A stretch of DNA of 64,000 nucleotides from Heptranchias perlo (GCF_035084215.1 NC_090335.1:39246001-39310000), one strand, 5' to 3'; positions 28,701 through 40,119 are shown, counted from the first letter of the stretch. The notes: generated by a model from the letters alone, not told the origin. Numbers and translations are program-made.

Positions 28701-28920
28701 GGGGGCTTGAAACAATTATACTTATTATAAACTTCTTATAATTACTAAACATACTTATTTCTGCATTAAACATTATTAAAAAAATGATTAATCTTGCAAT
28801 GCAAAGTTTTATTTTTTCACACTGAATAACACTGCAATTTAAATCATTTGCTCTACAGTAAGACAAATACTTACCAGACACAAACAGCATGCAAATGGCA
28901 GAGGCATTCAATATCTTCAT
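4242..28920 (-). CDS. Multi-exon gene for a single-IgV type I membrane receptor, TIGIT/CD226/CD96/PVR-family-like (3' end probably beyond window start)
   Basis: Six GT-AG exons, all joined in phase 1, give one open frame: [23 protein letters not shown]...IgV...[94 protein letters not shown]. Confidence 0.75.
4801..5588 (+). mobile_element. ~790 bp non-autonomous TIR element (Harbinger-type MITE), copy 1
   Basis: TIR ggcccagaaattgct / agcaactcctgggcc; homologous throughout to 40120-40891. Confidence 0.8.
6062..7410 (+). repeat. Tandem segmental duplication, copy B
   Basis: Colinear with 3851-4790 but has ~450 bp extra (6780-7225). Confidence 0.9.
6464..6529 (-). CDS. Cytoplasmic exon with YENV motif, copy B
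   Basis: Acceptor tttttctttctcaacag, donor CA|gtaagt, 66 nt phase 1-1; [22 protein letters not shown]. Confidence 0.7.
7235..8460 (+). mobile_element. Degenerate CR1 RT 3' fragment
   Basis: [21 protein letters not shown] and RFFFSQRIV remnants with many stops. Confidence 0.85.
9524..11587 (+). mobile_element. Non-autonomous PIF/Harbinger deletion derivative
   Basis: TIR gggcccgatattacc / gctaaaatcgactcc, TSD TTT; Myb/SANT exon 1 on + ([11 protein letters not shown]...WLEVAEEV...QCRR..NDL|gtgagt); transposase N-terminus on - ([25 protein letters not shown]); no DDE core. Confidence 0.92.
11744..13968 (+). mobile_element. Poly(A)-tailed LINE of a second CR1/L2-group family (5'-truncated), internally interrupted
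   Basis: [34 protein letters not shown] motifs; AATAAA and poly(A) ending at 13968; TSD (a)gcc at 11741-11743 and 13969-13971. Confidence 0.9.
17402..17482 (-). CDS. Transmembrane exon [27 protein letters not shown]
   Basis: Acceptor ttatttcaaacag, donor CAG|gtgagt; hydrophobic helix followed by a basic stop-transfer sequence. Confidence 0.85.
18092..18151 (-). CDS. Candidate stalk exon (60 nt, phase 1-1) [20 protein letters not shown]
   Basis: Acceptor ttttattgtcattaacag, donor CAG|gtgata (weak); keeps the frame and supplies the start of the TM helix. Confidence 0.6.
18612..18950 (-). mobile_element. Degenerate SINE (Deu-type, L2 tail) relic
   Basis: gtcactgttgt...gcagccaatttg...ctcccacaaacag core, similar to 19935-20430. 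Confidence 0.45.
19486..19821 (-). CDS. IgV-set exon (336 nt, phase 1-1)
   Basis: Acceptor tctttcttttctatctag, donor AG|gtaaag; VALHC...VQWEK...RVTM...[26 protein letters not shown] gives canonical C-W-DxGxYxC plus the PVR-family T(F/Y)PxG key motif. Confidence 0.93.
19935..20430 (-). mobile_element. SINE with L2-type 3' tail (DeuSINE-like), interrupted by a MITE
   Basis: ttgcatttatatatagcacct tail shared with L2 ends at ~41205 and ~61075; Deu-like core; family name is from memory. Confidence 0.55.
20038..20182. mobile_element. 145 bp MITE
   Basis: TIR ggccgtgaatttcctc / gaggaaatgcctggcc, TSD TAG. Confidence 0.75.
20560..21088 (+). repeat. Inverted duplicate of 17457-17780 (intron, acceptor and first 26 nt of the TM exon)
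   Basis: tatttcaaacagtatcaattgttggagctgcagttgtg and several hundred bp upstream match the reverse complement of 17457-17780; truncated by the CR1 at ~21090. Confidence 0.9.
20680..20864. mobile_element. 185 bp palindromic Harbinger-type MITE
   Basis: Whole element folds into a hairpin; TIR ggggtagattttgac / gtcaagatcgaccac; TSD ACT; empty site visible in the paralogous arm near 17688. Confidence 0.9.
21090..24750 (+). mobile_element. Decayed near-full-length CR1 LINE (ORF1 esterase and ORF2 remnants)
   Basis: VVVLGDS and CLPGARVKD at ~21300; EN/RT motifs through 24750 with many stops and frameshifts. Confidence 0.92.
24005..24386 (+). mobile_element. Short CR1 3' end of another subfamily nested in the CR1 above
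   Basis: [22 protein letters not shown], (TTTCTATG)n tail; host RT resumes at ttaagtgagtgggca. Confidence 0.8.
24945..25330. mobile_element. Truncated Harbinger-like non-autonomous element
   Basis: Starts with gccccgattttagc resembling the local Harbinger TIRs; GC-rich; right end not found. Confidence 0.4.
25590..26690 (-). mobile_element. Old CR1 3' fragment
   Basis: [22 protein letters not shown] and LKFADN remnants. Confidence 0.8.
28875..28920 (-). CDS. Exon 1 coding part: signal peptide [15 protein letters not shown](G)
   Basis: ATG, hydrophobic stretch and consensus phase-1 donor G|gtaagt; joins the IgV exon in frame. Confidence 0.72.
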
Positions 28921-29010
28921 TACAACTATTATCCAAAACATCGTATTATATATGACTTTTATTGAAAGTTTGTTTCAATTGACACGAGAACAACTTAGCA
29001 ATGTCAGAAA

Positions 29011-29054
29011 CAGGAAGTTAATGCATCTGCAGTGTGATACAAAAGTAAACCACA
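29011..29054. promoter_or_regulatory. Candidate ETS (CAGGAAGT) and RUNX (AACCACA) sites upstream of the Ig receptor ATG
   Basis: Exact consensus motifs 90-135 bp upstream of the ATG at 28920. Confidence 0.45.
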
Positions 29055-30080
29055 CTCCTTACAGGCGAAACTTAACTGTTTGGGGAAACTGGGTAGCAGA
29101 GTGAATTAAAACACTGAGGTTGATTTCTGCAAAGTTGCAGATGTTGCAATGCTGGCCTTGGGCAGGCATGAGGAACTTGTATCTGACCCTGCCCAAATCT
29201 TCCTAGGTCAGAACCAATTACTATTCAAAGTGAGCTCCTAGCAATGTTGGCACACCTAATTCCACCCCCCACTCCTTTTCTTAGGGGCTTAAACAAAAAA
29301 AAAGCAATATTGGGGCCAGGTGCTAGGCGTTCACCAAATGGAAGACAGTCTTTAAAATTGAAAAGGTAGTGGCCACATATATGGTGTGTGCCCATTTTTC
29401 AGTCACTAAACGGACGCCTAAGCCTCCAATATGGCAGGCAGGAAGCGCATGCTCATTATGAGCCAGAAGTGTGCCGCCCACCATATCGGTGTAGGCAAAA
29501 AAAAGGCATCCAGGGCCCGTGCCTGAAACAGGTGTTAGACCTTTTGCATGTGAAAATAGGTCGAAAAACATTCCAAGGTACTTCACAGAGGTGTAATTAG
29601 AAATAAAGAAACACCAAGCTAAGGACAGAAATTAAGAGGGATGACCAAAAGGTTGGTCAAAGAGTTGGGTTTAAGGAGGATCTTAAAGGGGGAGAAGGCG
29701 ATGGAGAGGCAGACAATGAATTTCAGAGCATGAGGCTAGAAGTATGGTCACCAAGGGTGGGTGGAGAGGCGGTAGTGCACCAAAGTCCAGAGTCACAGGA
29801 ATGGAGAGATCATGGCCCCAATATTAGCGGGGAGGTGGGATGGCAGTGGGGGTGGGGGGGAGGGGGTGATTGGGCGCGTGGGTAACCCGCCCAATAAAAT
29901 CAATCCCTTTCCCACGCGATCACGGGTCAATTGGAGCCACTTAACGTGGCTTCCGGATTTGCTGTCCGAAAGCTGCGCAGCAGGCGGACTACGCACCGCA
30001 TCACAGGCTGTCAGCTGGAGGAGCTCTATTTAAAGGGGCAGTCCTCCAATGGATGCTCCTGGAGCCAACACCCACCCAAG

Positions 30081-31855
30081 ATGGAGCAGCACAGGGGAAA
30101 GGCTGCTCCTAGATTTAGCGATGCCTCACTCCAGGTACTACTGGGTGGGGTGAGGAGGAGAATGGATGTCTTCTACCCGGCAGATTGGAAGAAGTGGCCT
30201 GCCTCTGCCACCAAGAAGGCCTGGCTGGAGGTAGCAGAGGAGGTCACCTGCAGGAGCAACATCTCCTGCACTTGGATCCAGTGCAGGAAGCACTTCAATG
30301 ACCTAACTAGGTCAGCTAAAGTGAGTACACTTACTCATTCTCCTACATTCCGTCTTCCACATCACCGCCCCCACCCACCAACTCATTCTGCACTGCCAAC
30401 AATACTCTATCACATCACTCCTCACATACTCTGAAAGCTCATCCTCAACTTACCTCCACTTCCTCACCTCCCCATTACTCACCCCAATCCTCATACAATG
30501 TCATGGCTCTGACTCATATTCACCCATTGATGCATCTCTTTCACGGTCAGCCGCACCCAAATAAATGCATTCATCAGTTGGCCACTTCATCATCACTCAC
30601 TCACATGTCTGTATTTTCTCCCCTTATAGGAGAAGAGAGTCCAGAATGCACGGGAGACAAACGTCTGGTGCTAGAACTTTAACATTCAGCACGCACAATA
30701 TGAATTGATGCTAACATGCCTTGCCATCTTCAGCACCTCAGTATGCTCATCACGACATGACATATCTGTGATCATACTTAATATTGCCTGCTGTTCTCTT
30801 ACAGGGCCTTCAGCGACCGCTGTGATGGCAGAGGGCGATTCTTCAGAGGACCTGCCGGCCTCTGAGGGTGCACCGTCACATCTGAGCAAGCCATCCACCA
30901 GCGCAGAATCACACACCTCAGTGGGTCCCAGTCCGCAGTTAGTGGAGGTCGCACATGGTGAGTTAGCACGCACATGTGAGCACGAGCAGACACTGGTGGC
31001 AGGGGCAGCTGTGGAGAGTCTGTGTCGATGGGAGCATTCGTCTCCAGGTTCTGCTCAGCTGGACGCAGATGCTGAACCTTGGGGGCCATACTTTAAAAGG
31101 AGAATGACGAGGGGCAGCAGCACATTTGTGAAGTGCTGTAACAGGTGCCACACGCACTCTCCACAATCACGCAGAGGATGGAGGAGTCCAACTCCTGCAT
31201 GAGTGGAATGGTGGCACAGGTACGGGAGGGAATCTCTGAGATACTGTCACAGAGACATGTGGGCATCTCTGAAATGGTGTCGTGGGTAAGTGCGGGAATG
31301 TCTGCGATGGAGAGAAGGCTAGCCTCCATGGAGCTTCAAGCACAGCTCACAAATGAGTCCATTCAGGCCCTGACAGTGGCCGTTCAGACTCAGGGTGAAC
31401 AACATTCTGCCACCTTAAACAGGCAGGCAGATACACTAGCACTGGCCTTACAAAGCTTCACACATGTCCTCCAAACTGTCGTCCAGCAGAGTGATAGGAG
31501 TGGTGTGGGCCTGGTCCAGGGGAGGGATGGTGGTGAAAGGGGACATGGAAGTGGGGATGCCACTCAAAGTGCTCCCACATCTCACCCGCTGCCCCCCTCT
31601 CAACCAGTACCCGAGTCTGACCCTGCACAGGTGCAGGTGGAGCAGTCTTTGGAGGGGCCCTCACGGGCACCAAAACCCAGAGCGCTTAGGCCCAAAGCAT
31701 CTAATCGGTCAGGGCATGAACAAGAGCGACCTGCCACTACCTCTGCTGCAGCCACAGGGGATGCACCACGTAGAAGCGTAAGGCAAAAGTTTTGTAAGCA
31801 CGAAGGGGATGCACAACGGTGTTTGACAGTTGGCCATGTTTTTTATTTATATTAG
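30081..31855 (+). pseudogene. Harbinger Myb/SANT (trihelix) DNA-binding protein gene, spliced, degenerate
   Basis: Exon 30081-30320 [34 protein letters not shown]|gtgagt; acceptors before 30630 (EKRVQNARE) and 30805; coiled-coil region 31145-31500. Confidence 0.82.
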
Positions 31856-32123
31856 CTTTTTGTTAAACTCACATTAAATATTATTATTGTCACCACTACT
31901 GCCACGTCTAGGCCGTTCTTGACTGGCTTCTGTAATAAGGCCCTTTCATGAGGTTCACCATGAACACCAACACTTGATGCCATCCATTGGGTCACTCTAC
32001 AGTGGGTGTATGTGTAGTTGCAGGACTGTTTTGTGCAGGGAGTGTGGGGGGGGGGGGTGCAGAGCTGCTGTGGGCATTGCTCTATCCAGGTGGTGAGGAC
32101 TGGGCTCTTCACACTGTCTGATG

Positions 32124-33150
32124 TTAGGAGAACCGTTCACACATCAGTGACTCCCTGGCCTCACGAGCAGCCAGGAGAGCCGTTGTTCTGCCCATGGGTT
32201 GCTCCTGCTCCTCCTCCTCCTCCTCCTCGGCCTCCTCCGCCTCCTCCTCCGCCTCCTCCATCTCCTCCTCCTCCTCAATGTGGGTGGTAGATGTGGATGG
32301 GGCCTCCTCAAGCGGCACCCCTCTCTGTTGTGCCATGTTGTGCAGGGCACAACACATGACTATAATGCATCCCACTTTGCCTGGTGCGTATTGAAGCGCT
32401 CCCTCAGATTGATCAAGGCACCTGAAGTGTATCTTGAGCAGCCCTATAGCCTGCTCAATTGTAGTCCTGGTAGCGATGTGGCTGTCGTTATATCGACGCT
32501 GTTGCTCGGTGGTGGGGTTCCTCAGAGGCGTCATGAGCCATGTATGCAGGATTTATCCCTTGCCCCCGAGGAGCCAGCCCTTATGGGTGTTCAGTGCGTG
32601 GAAGAGGGGCGGGATGTTGGACTCCCGGAGGATGAAGGAATTGTGGCAGCTGCCAGGGTATCTGGCGCACTCATGAAGGAATCTCTTGCGGTGGTCACAA
32701 ACGAGCTGAGTATTGATGGAGTGATATCCCTCCCTATTGATGAACAGTCCTGGCTCGTGTGGAGGTGCTCGTATTGCTATATGGGTGCAATCGATTACAC
32801 CCTGCACCCGTGGGAAGCCAGCCACAGCGTGGAATCCCGTCTGGCTGAGGTCGACCATGGGGAAGTTGACGTAGTGCGAGGCCTGCGAAACAAGTCGTCA
32901 GCGACCTGCCTCATCCACTTGTGTGCAGACAACTGAGGCCCTGGCAATGTCCCTGGTGGCACCCTGGAATGATCCGGAGGAGAAGAAATTGAGGGCGGTG
33001 GTGACTTTGACAGCAACAGGTAAGGAGATGCTGCTCGGCCCAGCCAGGAGCAGCTCGGCATGAAGGAGGCTGCGGATGTCTGCGACTACCTGGCGACTGA
33101 ATCTGAGCCTCCGGATGCACTGCTCCTCAGAGAGGCCCAGGAAGCTGAGA
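32124..33150 (-). pseudogene. HARBI1-like DDE transposase, frameshifted
   Basis: GFPRVQGVIDCTH, NREGYHSIN, YPGSCHNS, WLLGGKG (catalytic D lost), YNDSHIATRTTIEQAIGLLK..FRCL, CCALHN, acidic tail. Confidence 0.92.
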
Positions 33151-33504
33151 AAAGACAAGTTAATGTCTCAGGTCATTTTTTTATTAGAATGGTTATACCA
33201 AAATGAACACTGGCGAATTTATATCAAATTTTTCTCATTGTTTTAATGAAGCAGTTAACCTGTATTCCTTTAGACAAGTTGACACCTTTTAAAATAGTGC
33301 AAAGGGTGTGCTAAGCATTCATATAATAACATCATCAATAGTTATCTCTACTCTTTCAGCATATATATTAAAGAAAAAGATATTGCCCTGCAATAATATT
33401 TAGAAAACCCATGCACCCTGCTATAATCCCAACAAAAAGCAATCCTTTGGACAGCCATTGTGAGAGCTCTGGCACAAGTTGTACTATTCCCTATTGAACA
33501 CATA

Positions 33505-35206
33505 GGGCCCGATATTAGGAGGGAGGTGGGTTGGCAGCGGGGGGTCGACTGGGCACGAGGGTAACGCGCCCAGTGAAATCAGTGGGTCTGGCATGCGATC
33601 GGAAGTAAATTGAAGCCACTTACCTTGGCTTCCTGGTTTCGCGCTGGAAAGCTGCGCAGCGGGCGGACTGCGCACCCGCATCATAGGCTGTCAGCTGGAG
33701 GAGCCTTATTTAAAGGGGCAGTCGTCCACTGACTGATGCTGCAGAAAATAGGCAAAATTACAGCATGGAGCAGGGGGAAGGCTGCTCCCAGGTTTAATGA
33801 TGCCTCACTCCAGGTATTACTGGATGGGGTGAGGAGGAGGAGGGAGATTTTCCACCCGGCGGACGGGAGGAAGTGGCCTGCCTCTGCCACCATGAAGGCC
33901 TGGCTTGAGGTGGCAGAGGAGGTCACCAGCACCACCAACATATCACACACCTGCATACAGTGCAGGAGGCGCTTCAATGACCGAACCAGGTCAGCCGAAG
34001 TGAGTACTCTTACTCATTCCCCTACACTCCGTCTGCCACATCACCGCCCCCACCCCACATCTCCTTCTGCATTGCCAACACTACTCTTATCACATCACTC
34101 CCCACACCCACTGAACCCTCATACTCATCTTACCTGGTCTTCCTCACCTCGCCAGTACTCATCCCACCACTACCACTCAACCCAGTCCTCATACAATCTC
34201 ATGGTTCTGTCTCATACTCACCCTCTCATGCATCACGGTCAGCCTCACTCCACCTGCCACTACCTGTGCTGCAGCTACAGGTCATGCATCACGTATGTGT
34301 AGTAGGAAGTGTAAGGCAAACATGTCGTGAGCATGAAGGGGATGCACAAGGGTGTTTGAGGGTTTGCCATGGTTTTTACTTATATTTGATTTCTGATCAA
34401 CTCACATTACATATTATATTGTCACCACTACTGCCACGTCTTGGCCATTCTTGACTGGCTTGTGCAATAATGCCCATTCATGAGGTTCTCCATGAACACC
34501 CTTGATGCCACCCATTGGGTCACTCTACAGTGGGTGTATGTGTAGTTGCACGACTACTTTGTGCAGGTGCCTGTTGCGCAGCACTGTGTTGTGTAGCTCC
34601 ACGTGGCAGAGGTGGACGGCGTGCCTGGCGAGGCTGGTGATGTTGCTCGTCCTCCAGTGAAGTGATGAATGCAGCTATGGAACCCCCCCCCCCACCCCCA
34701 TCCTGACGGTGTGAGGGGGTCCGCAAAGTAGGTAAATGTGTTTGGACAGCAGAGTTTAGGGTATGATGTAATAATTTTGAGTTTGGAGACAACGGTGTGG
34801 CAGGCAAAACTTTGTCTGAGGTCCCCTCAACTGTCAAGGAATCCTCTGCATCTCCCAATGGCTGCTGACTGAAACACGTCTGCAACAACATGGAGTGTTT
34901 CCCAAGCATGGGAAACACACTGAGGAGAGTCCAAAATCACATCCCTGCTAAAATCTCTTCCCAATGAGGTCAGTCAATGACCTCAAGTACCTCCCTAACT
35001 ATCTAATCTGTCATCCCGCCGGCTTTAATTGCAGGTGGGAGTCCCGCATGAGGGGGCTGCGCGAGCACCGATTCACGTCTTTGGGGAACCCGGAAGTGGG
35101 CGGGTTGGAGCCGGACTCCGGACCCGCTCCGGGATTCCTCAATTTTAGGAACCCCCCCACCCCCCTGCCACGAACGCACCTGCTCGGCCATCTAAAAATT
35201 GACCCC
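33505..35206 (+). mobile_element. Non-autonomous Harbinger derivative
   Basis: TIR gggcccgatattag / ctaaaaattgacccc; flanks ata/att; retains Myb exon 1. Confidence 0.88.
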
Positions 35207-35508
35207 ATTGATTTGGTACAATTTTTGAGCGTTTAGTATATTAGGGTAAATTTACCATTGATCACGTACAACAGCACGAACAATATGCAGTGTGGTCTGC
35301 ACACGCTTAAGTTTAGACTACCAGTCCTGCTCTAACTTCCAATTTCATGCCACATACTCACTTAAGGTGAGCTCCCAGTGGAAAATCTGCCAGCACGGAG
35401 AGCTCTCTAATTTGGGATGCAATATGTGGTATCTCAGCATCAATTTAAAAGGTTTCGACATCTGTTTAAAGAAAAAGTCATTTTTCAGGCAAACTTTATG
35501 GAGACATT

Positions 35509-38500
35509 GGGCCTGATTTTAGCAGGCCTGTGGGTTTCCGGCGGGTTGGGTTTCGGGTGCGTGGCCTCCGCGCCCGGTGAAATTAGTGGGTTGCCCGCGC
35601 GATCGTAGCGGGCAATCCACTAATTGGAGCCACTTACCTGCTCCTCCGGGGTCCGCGCTGCTGGTCTGCGCGTCGGGCGGGCTGCGCATGCGCAGTACGA
35701 TCTGTCAGCTGGAGGCTCTCTAGTTAAAGCGGCAGTCCTCCACTGACAGATGCTGCAACCAATGGAACAAATTACAGCATGGAGCAGCCCAGGGGGAAGG
35801 CTGCTCCCAGTTTAATGATGCCTCACCCCAGGTATCATCAGATGGGGTGAGGAGGAGGGGGAGGACAGAGATCTTCCACCCGGCGGGCGGGAGGAAGCGG
35901 CCTGCCTCTGCCACCAAGAAGGCCTGGCTCGAGGTGGCAGAGGGGGTCATCTGCGCCACCAACATATCGCCCACCTGCATACAGTGCAGGAGGCGCTCCA
36001 ATGACCGCAGTAGGTCAGCCACAGTGAGAACATGTAGTCTATCCCCTACACTCCGTCTGCCACAACACTGCCCCCACCCCACATCTCCTTCGGCACCGCC
36101 AACACTACTCCGTCACATCACCCCTCATACCCACTCAAACCCCATCCTCATCTTACCTGCACCTACTCACCTCGCCAGTACTCACCCCGCCACTAACACG
36201 CAACCCAATCCTCATACAATCTCATGGCTCTATCCCATACGCACCCTCTCGTGCATCTCCCTCACGGCCAGCCTCACTCAACCTGCCACCACCTGTGCTG
36301 CAGCCACAGGGCATGCATCACATATGTGCAGTAGGCAGCGTAAGGCAAACGTGTCGTGAGCATGAAGGGGATGCACAAGGGTGTCTGAGGGTTTGCCATG
36401 GGTGTTACCTATATTGAATTTCAGAGCAACAAACATCACACATTATATTGGCACCACCACTGCCATGTCTCCGCGAATCCTGTCTGCTGTGTCCAATAAT
36501 GCCCGCTCCTGGGTATCACTATGAGGACCCACCACTGATGCCACCCATTGTGTTACTGCAGAGTAGGTGCAGGTGTATTTGCAGGGCTCTTCCGCGCAGA
36601 CGACTGAGAGACATCGGCGGTGTACCCGGCTGCACCCTGGAAGGATGCGGAGGAGCAGTTGTGGAGGGCAGTGGTGACTTTGGCAGCAACAGGTAAGCAG
36701 TTGGTGCTGGGGCCAGCCAGGAGCAGCTCGGCAGGAAGGAGCCTGCAGATCTCCACGACTACGTGTCGAGTGAATCTGCGCCTCCGTGTGCACTGCTGCT
36801 CGGAGAGGTCCGGGGAACTGCGCCTCGGTCTGTGGACCCTGTGGCGAGGGTAGTGCCCTCTGCGACGCATCTCTCTCTGCGGTTGCCCTCCCTCCTGCTG
36901 TGCAGGTGGGCGTGCAACAGCACCGTATTGGGGGGCTCCACGTCACTGCGGCGGACGGTGTGGACTGCGAGGCTGCTGGGGCTGGTCATGCTGTTCGTCC
37001 TCCGAGGGTGTCCACGCACCACCCATCTGGCAGGTGTTGGTCTGAGGGGTTGTGCAGGGTAGGTGGGTGGTTCCTCGGACTGGGGCTACGGTTTCGCGTC
37101 GGTCTGTCCTCTGGCTTGGCGGGGGATGGTGGAGGGCAGGGGTTGCCCTATGTGACGCGGTGGCCTCCTGCGTGGGTGAGGGCTCTCCCCCCCCCCCCCC
37201 CACCCCCCCGTGGAGTGCACTGTGGCAGCTGCCACAGGCTGCTGGCTGCAACACGCCTGGTTGGAGGGAGACTGTTTCCCCCAGTGTGTGAAACACTCTG
37301 GACTCGATTTTACCGGCGGGTTTCCTGTGCGTTTCCAGTGGGGGGGCCCCGAAAATCCCGATATCCAGGCACGTGACCGGATCGCACCACGATCCCGCCC
37401 ACTTCCGGGTTCCCCGATGACGTGCGGGGCTGCGTGCGTTGCCCCCGCTGGTGGGAATCCCGCAGGCAATTAAAGCCAGCGGGATGCCACTTGAGTGTAT
37501 TTATTTCGCTTGTTCAGGTCATTAACTGACCTGATTAAGGGACTGTGTGTGATTTTGGTGAAACATGGGACTGTTTCACACACTGGGGGAAACGGTCCGA
37601 GTTGAACTGGACGTGTTGCAGCCGTCAGCCTGTGGCAGCTGCAAAGGTCCATTTGACAGGTGGGGGCGGGGGCAGAGACCCTCACCCATTGCAGGAGGCC
37701 GCTCTGTCACTTGGGACAAAGTGTGGCCTCCACCACCCCCCTCCTGACGGTCAAAGTCACCAACCTGCACACTCACCCCGGGGTCCGGAGACATGTGCCT
37801 ACCTTGCGGACACCCTCAGATGTACATATTGCGGATGGGGGCCGTCGTAGCTGCAGTCATGACCCCCTCGGAGGGCGAACAGCATCACCAGCCTCGCCAT
37901 CCACGCCGTCCACCTCTGAAATGTGGAGCTCCACAACAGAGTGCTGTGACACATCCACCTGTACAGCAGGAGGGAGGGCAACCGCAGAGAGAGACGCGTC
38001 GCAGAGGGCACTACCCTCGCCACAGGGTCCACAGACCGAGGCGCAGCTCCCCGGACCTCTCCGAGCAGCAGTGCACACGGAGGCGCAGATTCACTCGACA
38101 TGTAGTCGTGGACATCGGCAGCCTCCTTCATGCCGAGCTGCTCCTGTCTGGCCCGAGCACCATCTGCTTAGTTGTCGCTGTCAAAGTCACCACTGCCCTC
38201 CACAACTTCTCCTCCGCATCCTTCCAGGGTGCAGCCGGGTACACCGCCGATGTCTCTCAGTCGTCTGTGCGGAAGAGCCCTGCAAATACATCTGCACCTA
38301 CTCTGCAGTGACACAATGGGTGGCATCAGTGGTGGGTCCTCATAGTGATACCCAGGAGCGGGCATTATTGCACAAAACAGACAGGATTCGCGGAGACATG
38401 GCAGTGGTGGTGCCAATATAATGTGTGATGTGAGTTGTTCTGAAATTCAATATAGGTAACATCCATGACAAACCCTCAAACACCCTTGTGCATCCCCTTC

Positions 38501-39632
38501 ATGCTCACGACACGTTTGCCTTACGCTGCCTACTGCACATATGTGATGCATGCCCTGTGGCTGCAGCACAGGTGGTGGCAGGTTGAGTGAGGCTGGCCGT
38601 GAGGGAGATGCACGAGAGGGTGCGTATGGGATAGAGCCATGAGATTGTATGAGGATTGGGTTGCGTGTTAGTGGCCGGGTGAGTACTCGCGAGGTGAGTA
38701 GGTGCAGGTAAGATGAGGATGGGGTTTGAGTGGGTATGAGGGGTGATATGACAGTGTGGTGTTGGCGGTGCCGAAGGAGATGTGGGGTGGGGGCAGTGTT
38801 GTTGCAGACGGAGTGTAGGGGAAAGACTACATGTTCTCACTGTGGCTGACCTACTGCGGTCATAGGAGCGCCTCCTGCACATACAGGTGGGCGATATGTT
38901 GGTGGTGCAGGTGACCTCCTCTGCCACCTCGAGCCAGGCCTTCTTGGTGGCAGAGGCAGGCCGCTTCCTCCCGCCCGCCGGGTGGAAGATCTCTGTCCTC
39001 CCCCTCCTCCTCACCCCATCTGGTGATACCTGGGGTGAGGCATCATTAAACTGGGAGCAGCCTTCCCCCTGGGCTGCTTCATGCTGTAATGTGTTCTATT
39101 GGTTGCAGCATCTGTCAGTGGAGGACTGCCCCTTTAACTAGAGAGCCTCCAGCTGACAGATCGTACTGCGCATGCACAGCCCGCCCGACGCGCAGACCGG
39201 CAGCGCGGAGCCCGGAGGAGCAGGTAATTGGATCCAATTAGTGGATTGCCTGCTACGATCGCGCGGCCAACCCACTAATTTCACCGAGCGTGTTGACCAC
39301 GCTCCCGAAACCCAACCCGCCGGAAACCCGCAGGCCTGCTAAAATCGAGCCCTCTGTGTTGAAGGTAAAATCCCACACTTCCTGTTTTGACAGCTGATTC
39401 AGCTCATTTAATGACCTCAACAAGCAAGGTAAGTACTCTCAAGTGGAACCCCGCTGGCTTTAATTGCCTGCGGGATTCCCACCAGCGGGGGCCGTGCACG
39501 CAGCCCCGCACATCATCGGGGAACCCGGAAGTGGTCGGGATCGTGGCGCGATCCGGTCACGTGACTGGATATCGGGATTTTCGGGGCCCCCCGCTGGAAA
39601 CCCGCAGGAAACCCGACGGTAAAATCGAGCCC
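35509..39632 (+). mobile_element. Non-autonomous Harbinger derivative (outer copy)
   Basis: TIR gggcctgattttagc / ggtaaaatcgagccc, TSD ATT; interrupted at 37300-39352. Confidence 0.92.
37300..39352 (-). mobile_element. Sister Harbinger derivative inserted in inverted orientation (inner copy)
   Basis: TIR ggactcgattttacc / gctaaaatcgagccc, TSD TCT (37297-37299 and 39353-39355). Confidence 0.92.
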
Positions 39633-40119
39633 ATTGTTGTACCTTGTCTGCAAGTTCTAATGGACCGTCACCAAGGCAGAACTCCCAGATTTACCAATGC
39701 AGTAATAGTTGTGCCGCTTCAAGAAATGGGTTAAAGAAGGCTTTATATTTGTCTCAAGATACTTTGGATTGTATTTCAGATTACTCTCCTTGGTGAGTCT
39801 TCAATCCCTATGGTCTCAAGAGAATTTTCACTGACCCTATAAGTTAAGCTCCCCCATAAATCATGGTACATTTGTGAGATAATTGATTACACTCCTGCAC
39901 TCGCACATTTTATAATGTCAGCGATGTCCAAGTTGGGTGAGCATAAAGCCCACCTCAACGATCCCATGCTGGGTTTCTGCCGAAGCAGAAAATCCCAACC
40001 ATTTGTGTGTTCAGTTAACAGAACCGCTGCCATGCTAAAACGAAACAAAAATGCTTCATTTTTGTCATAGAAGATTTGGTCTGTTTAGCAATTGGGACAC
40101 ACTCTTCATATGGCACAAT

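Larger units (their letters stand above)
29814..33150 (+). mobile_element. PIF/Harbinger transposon of autonomous type, right end truncated
   Basis: Left TIR ggccccaatattagc; convergent Myb/SANT gene (+) and HARBI1-like DDE transposase (-). Confidence 0.92.

Noticed and set aside
32018-32936. Poly-Pro/Ser/Leu/Arg ORFs
   Set aside because: Alternative frames of the GAG-rich acidic tail of the Harbinger transposase
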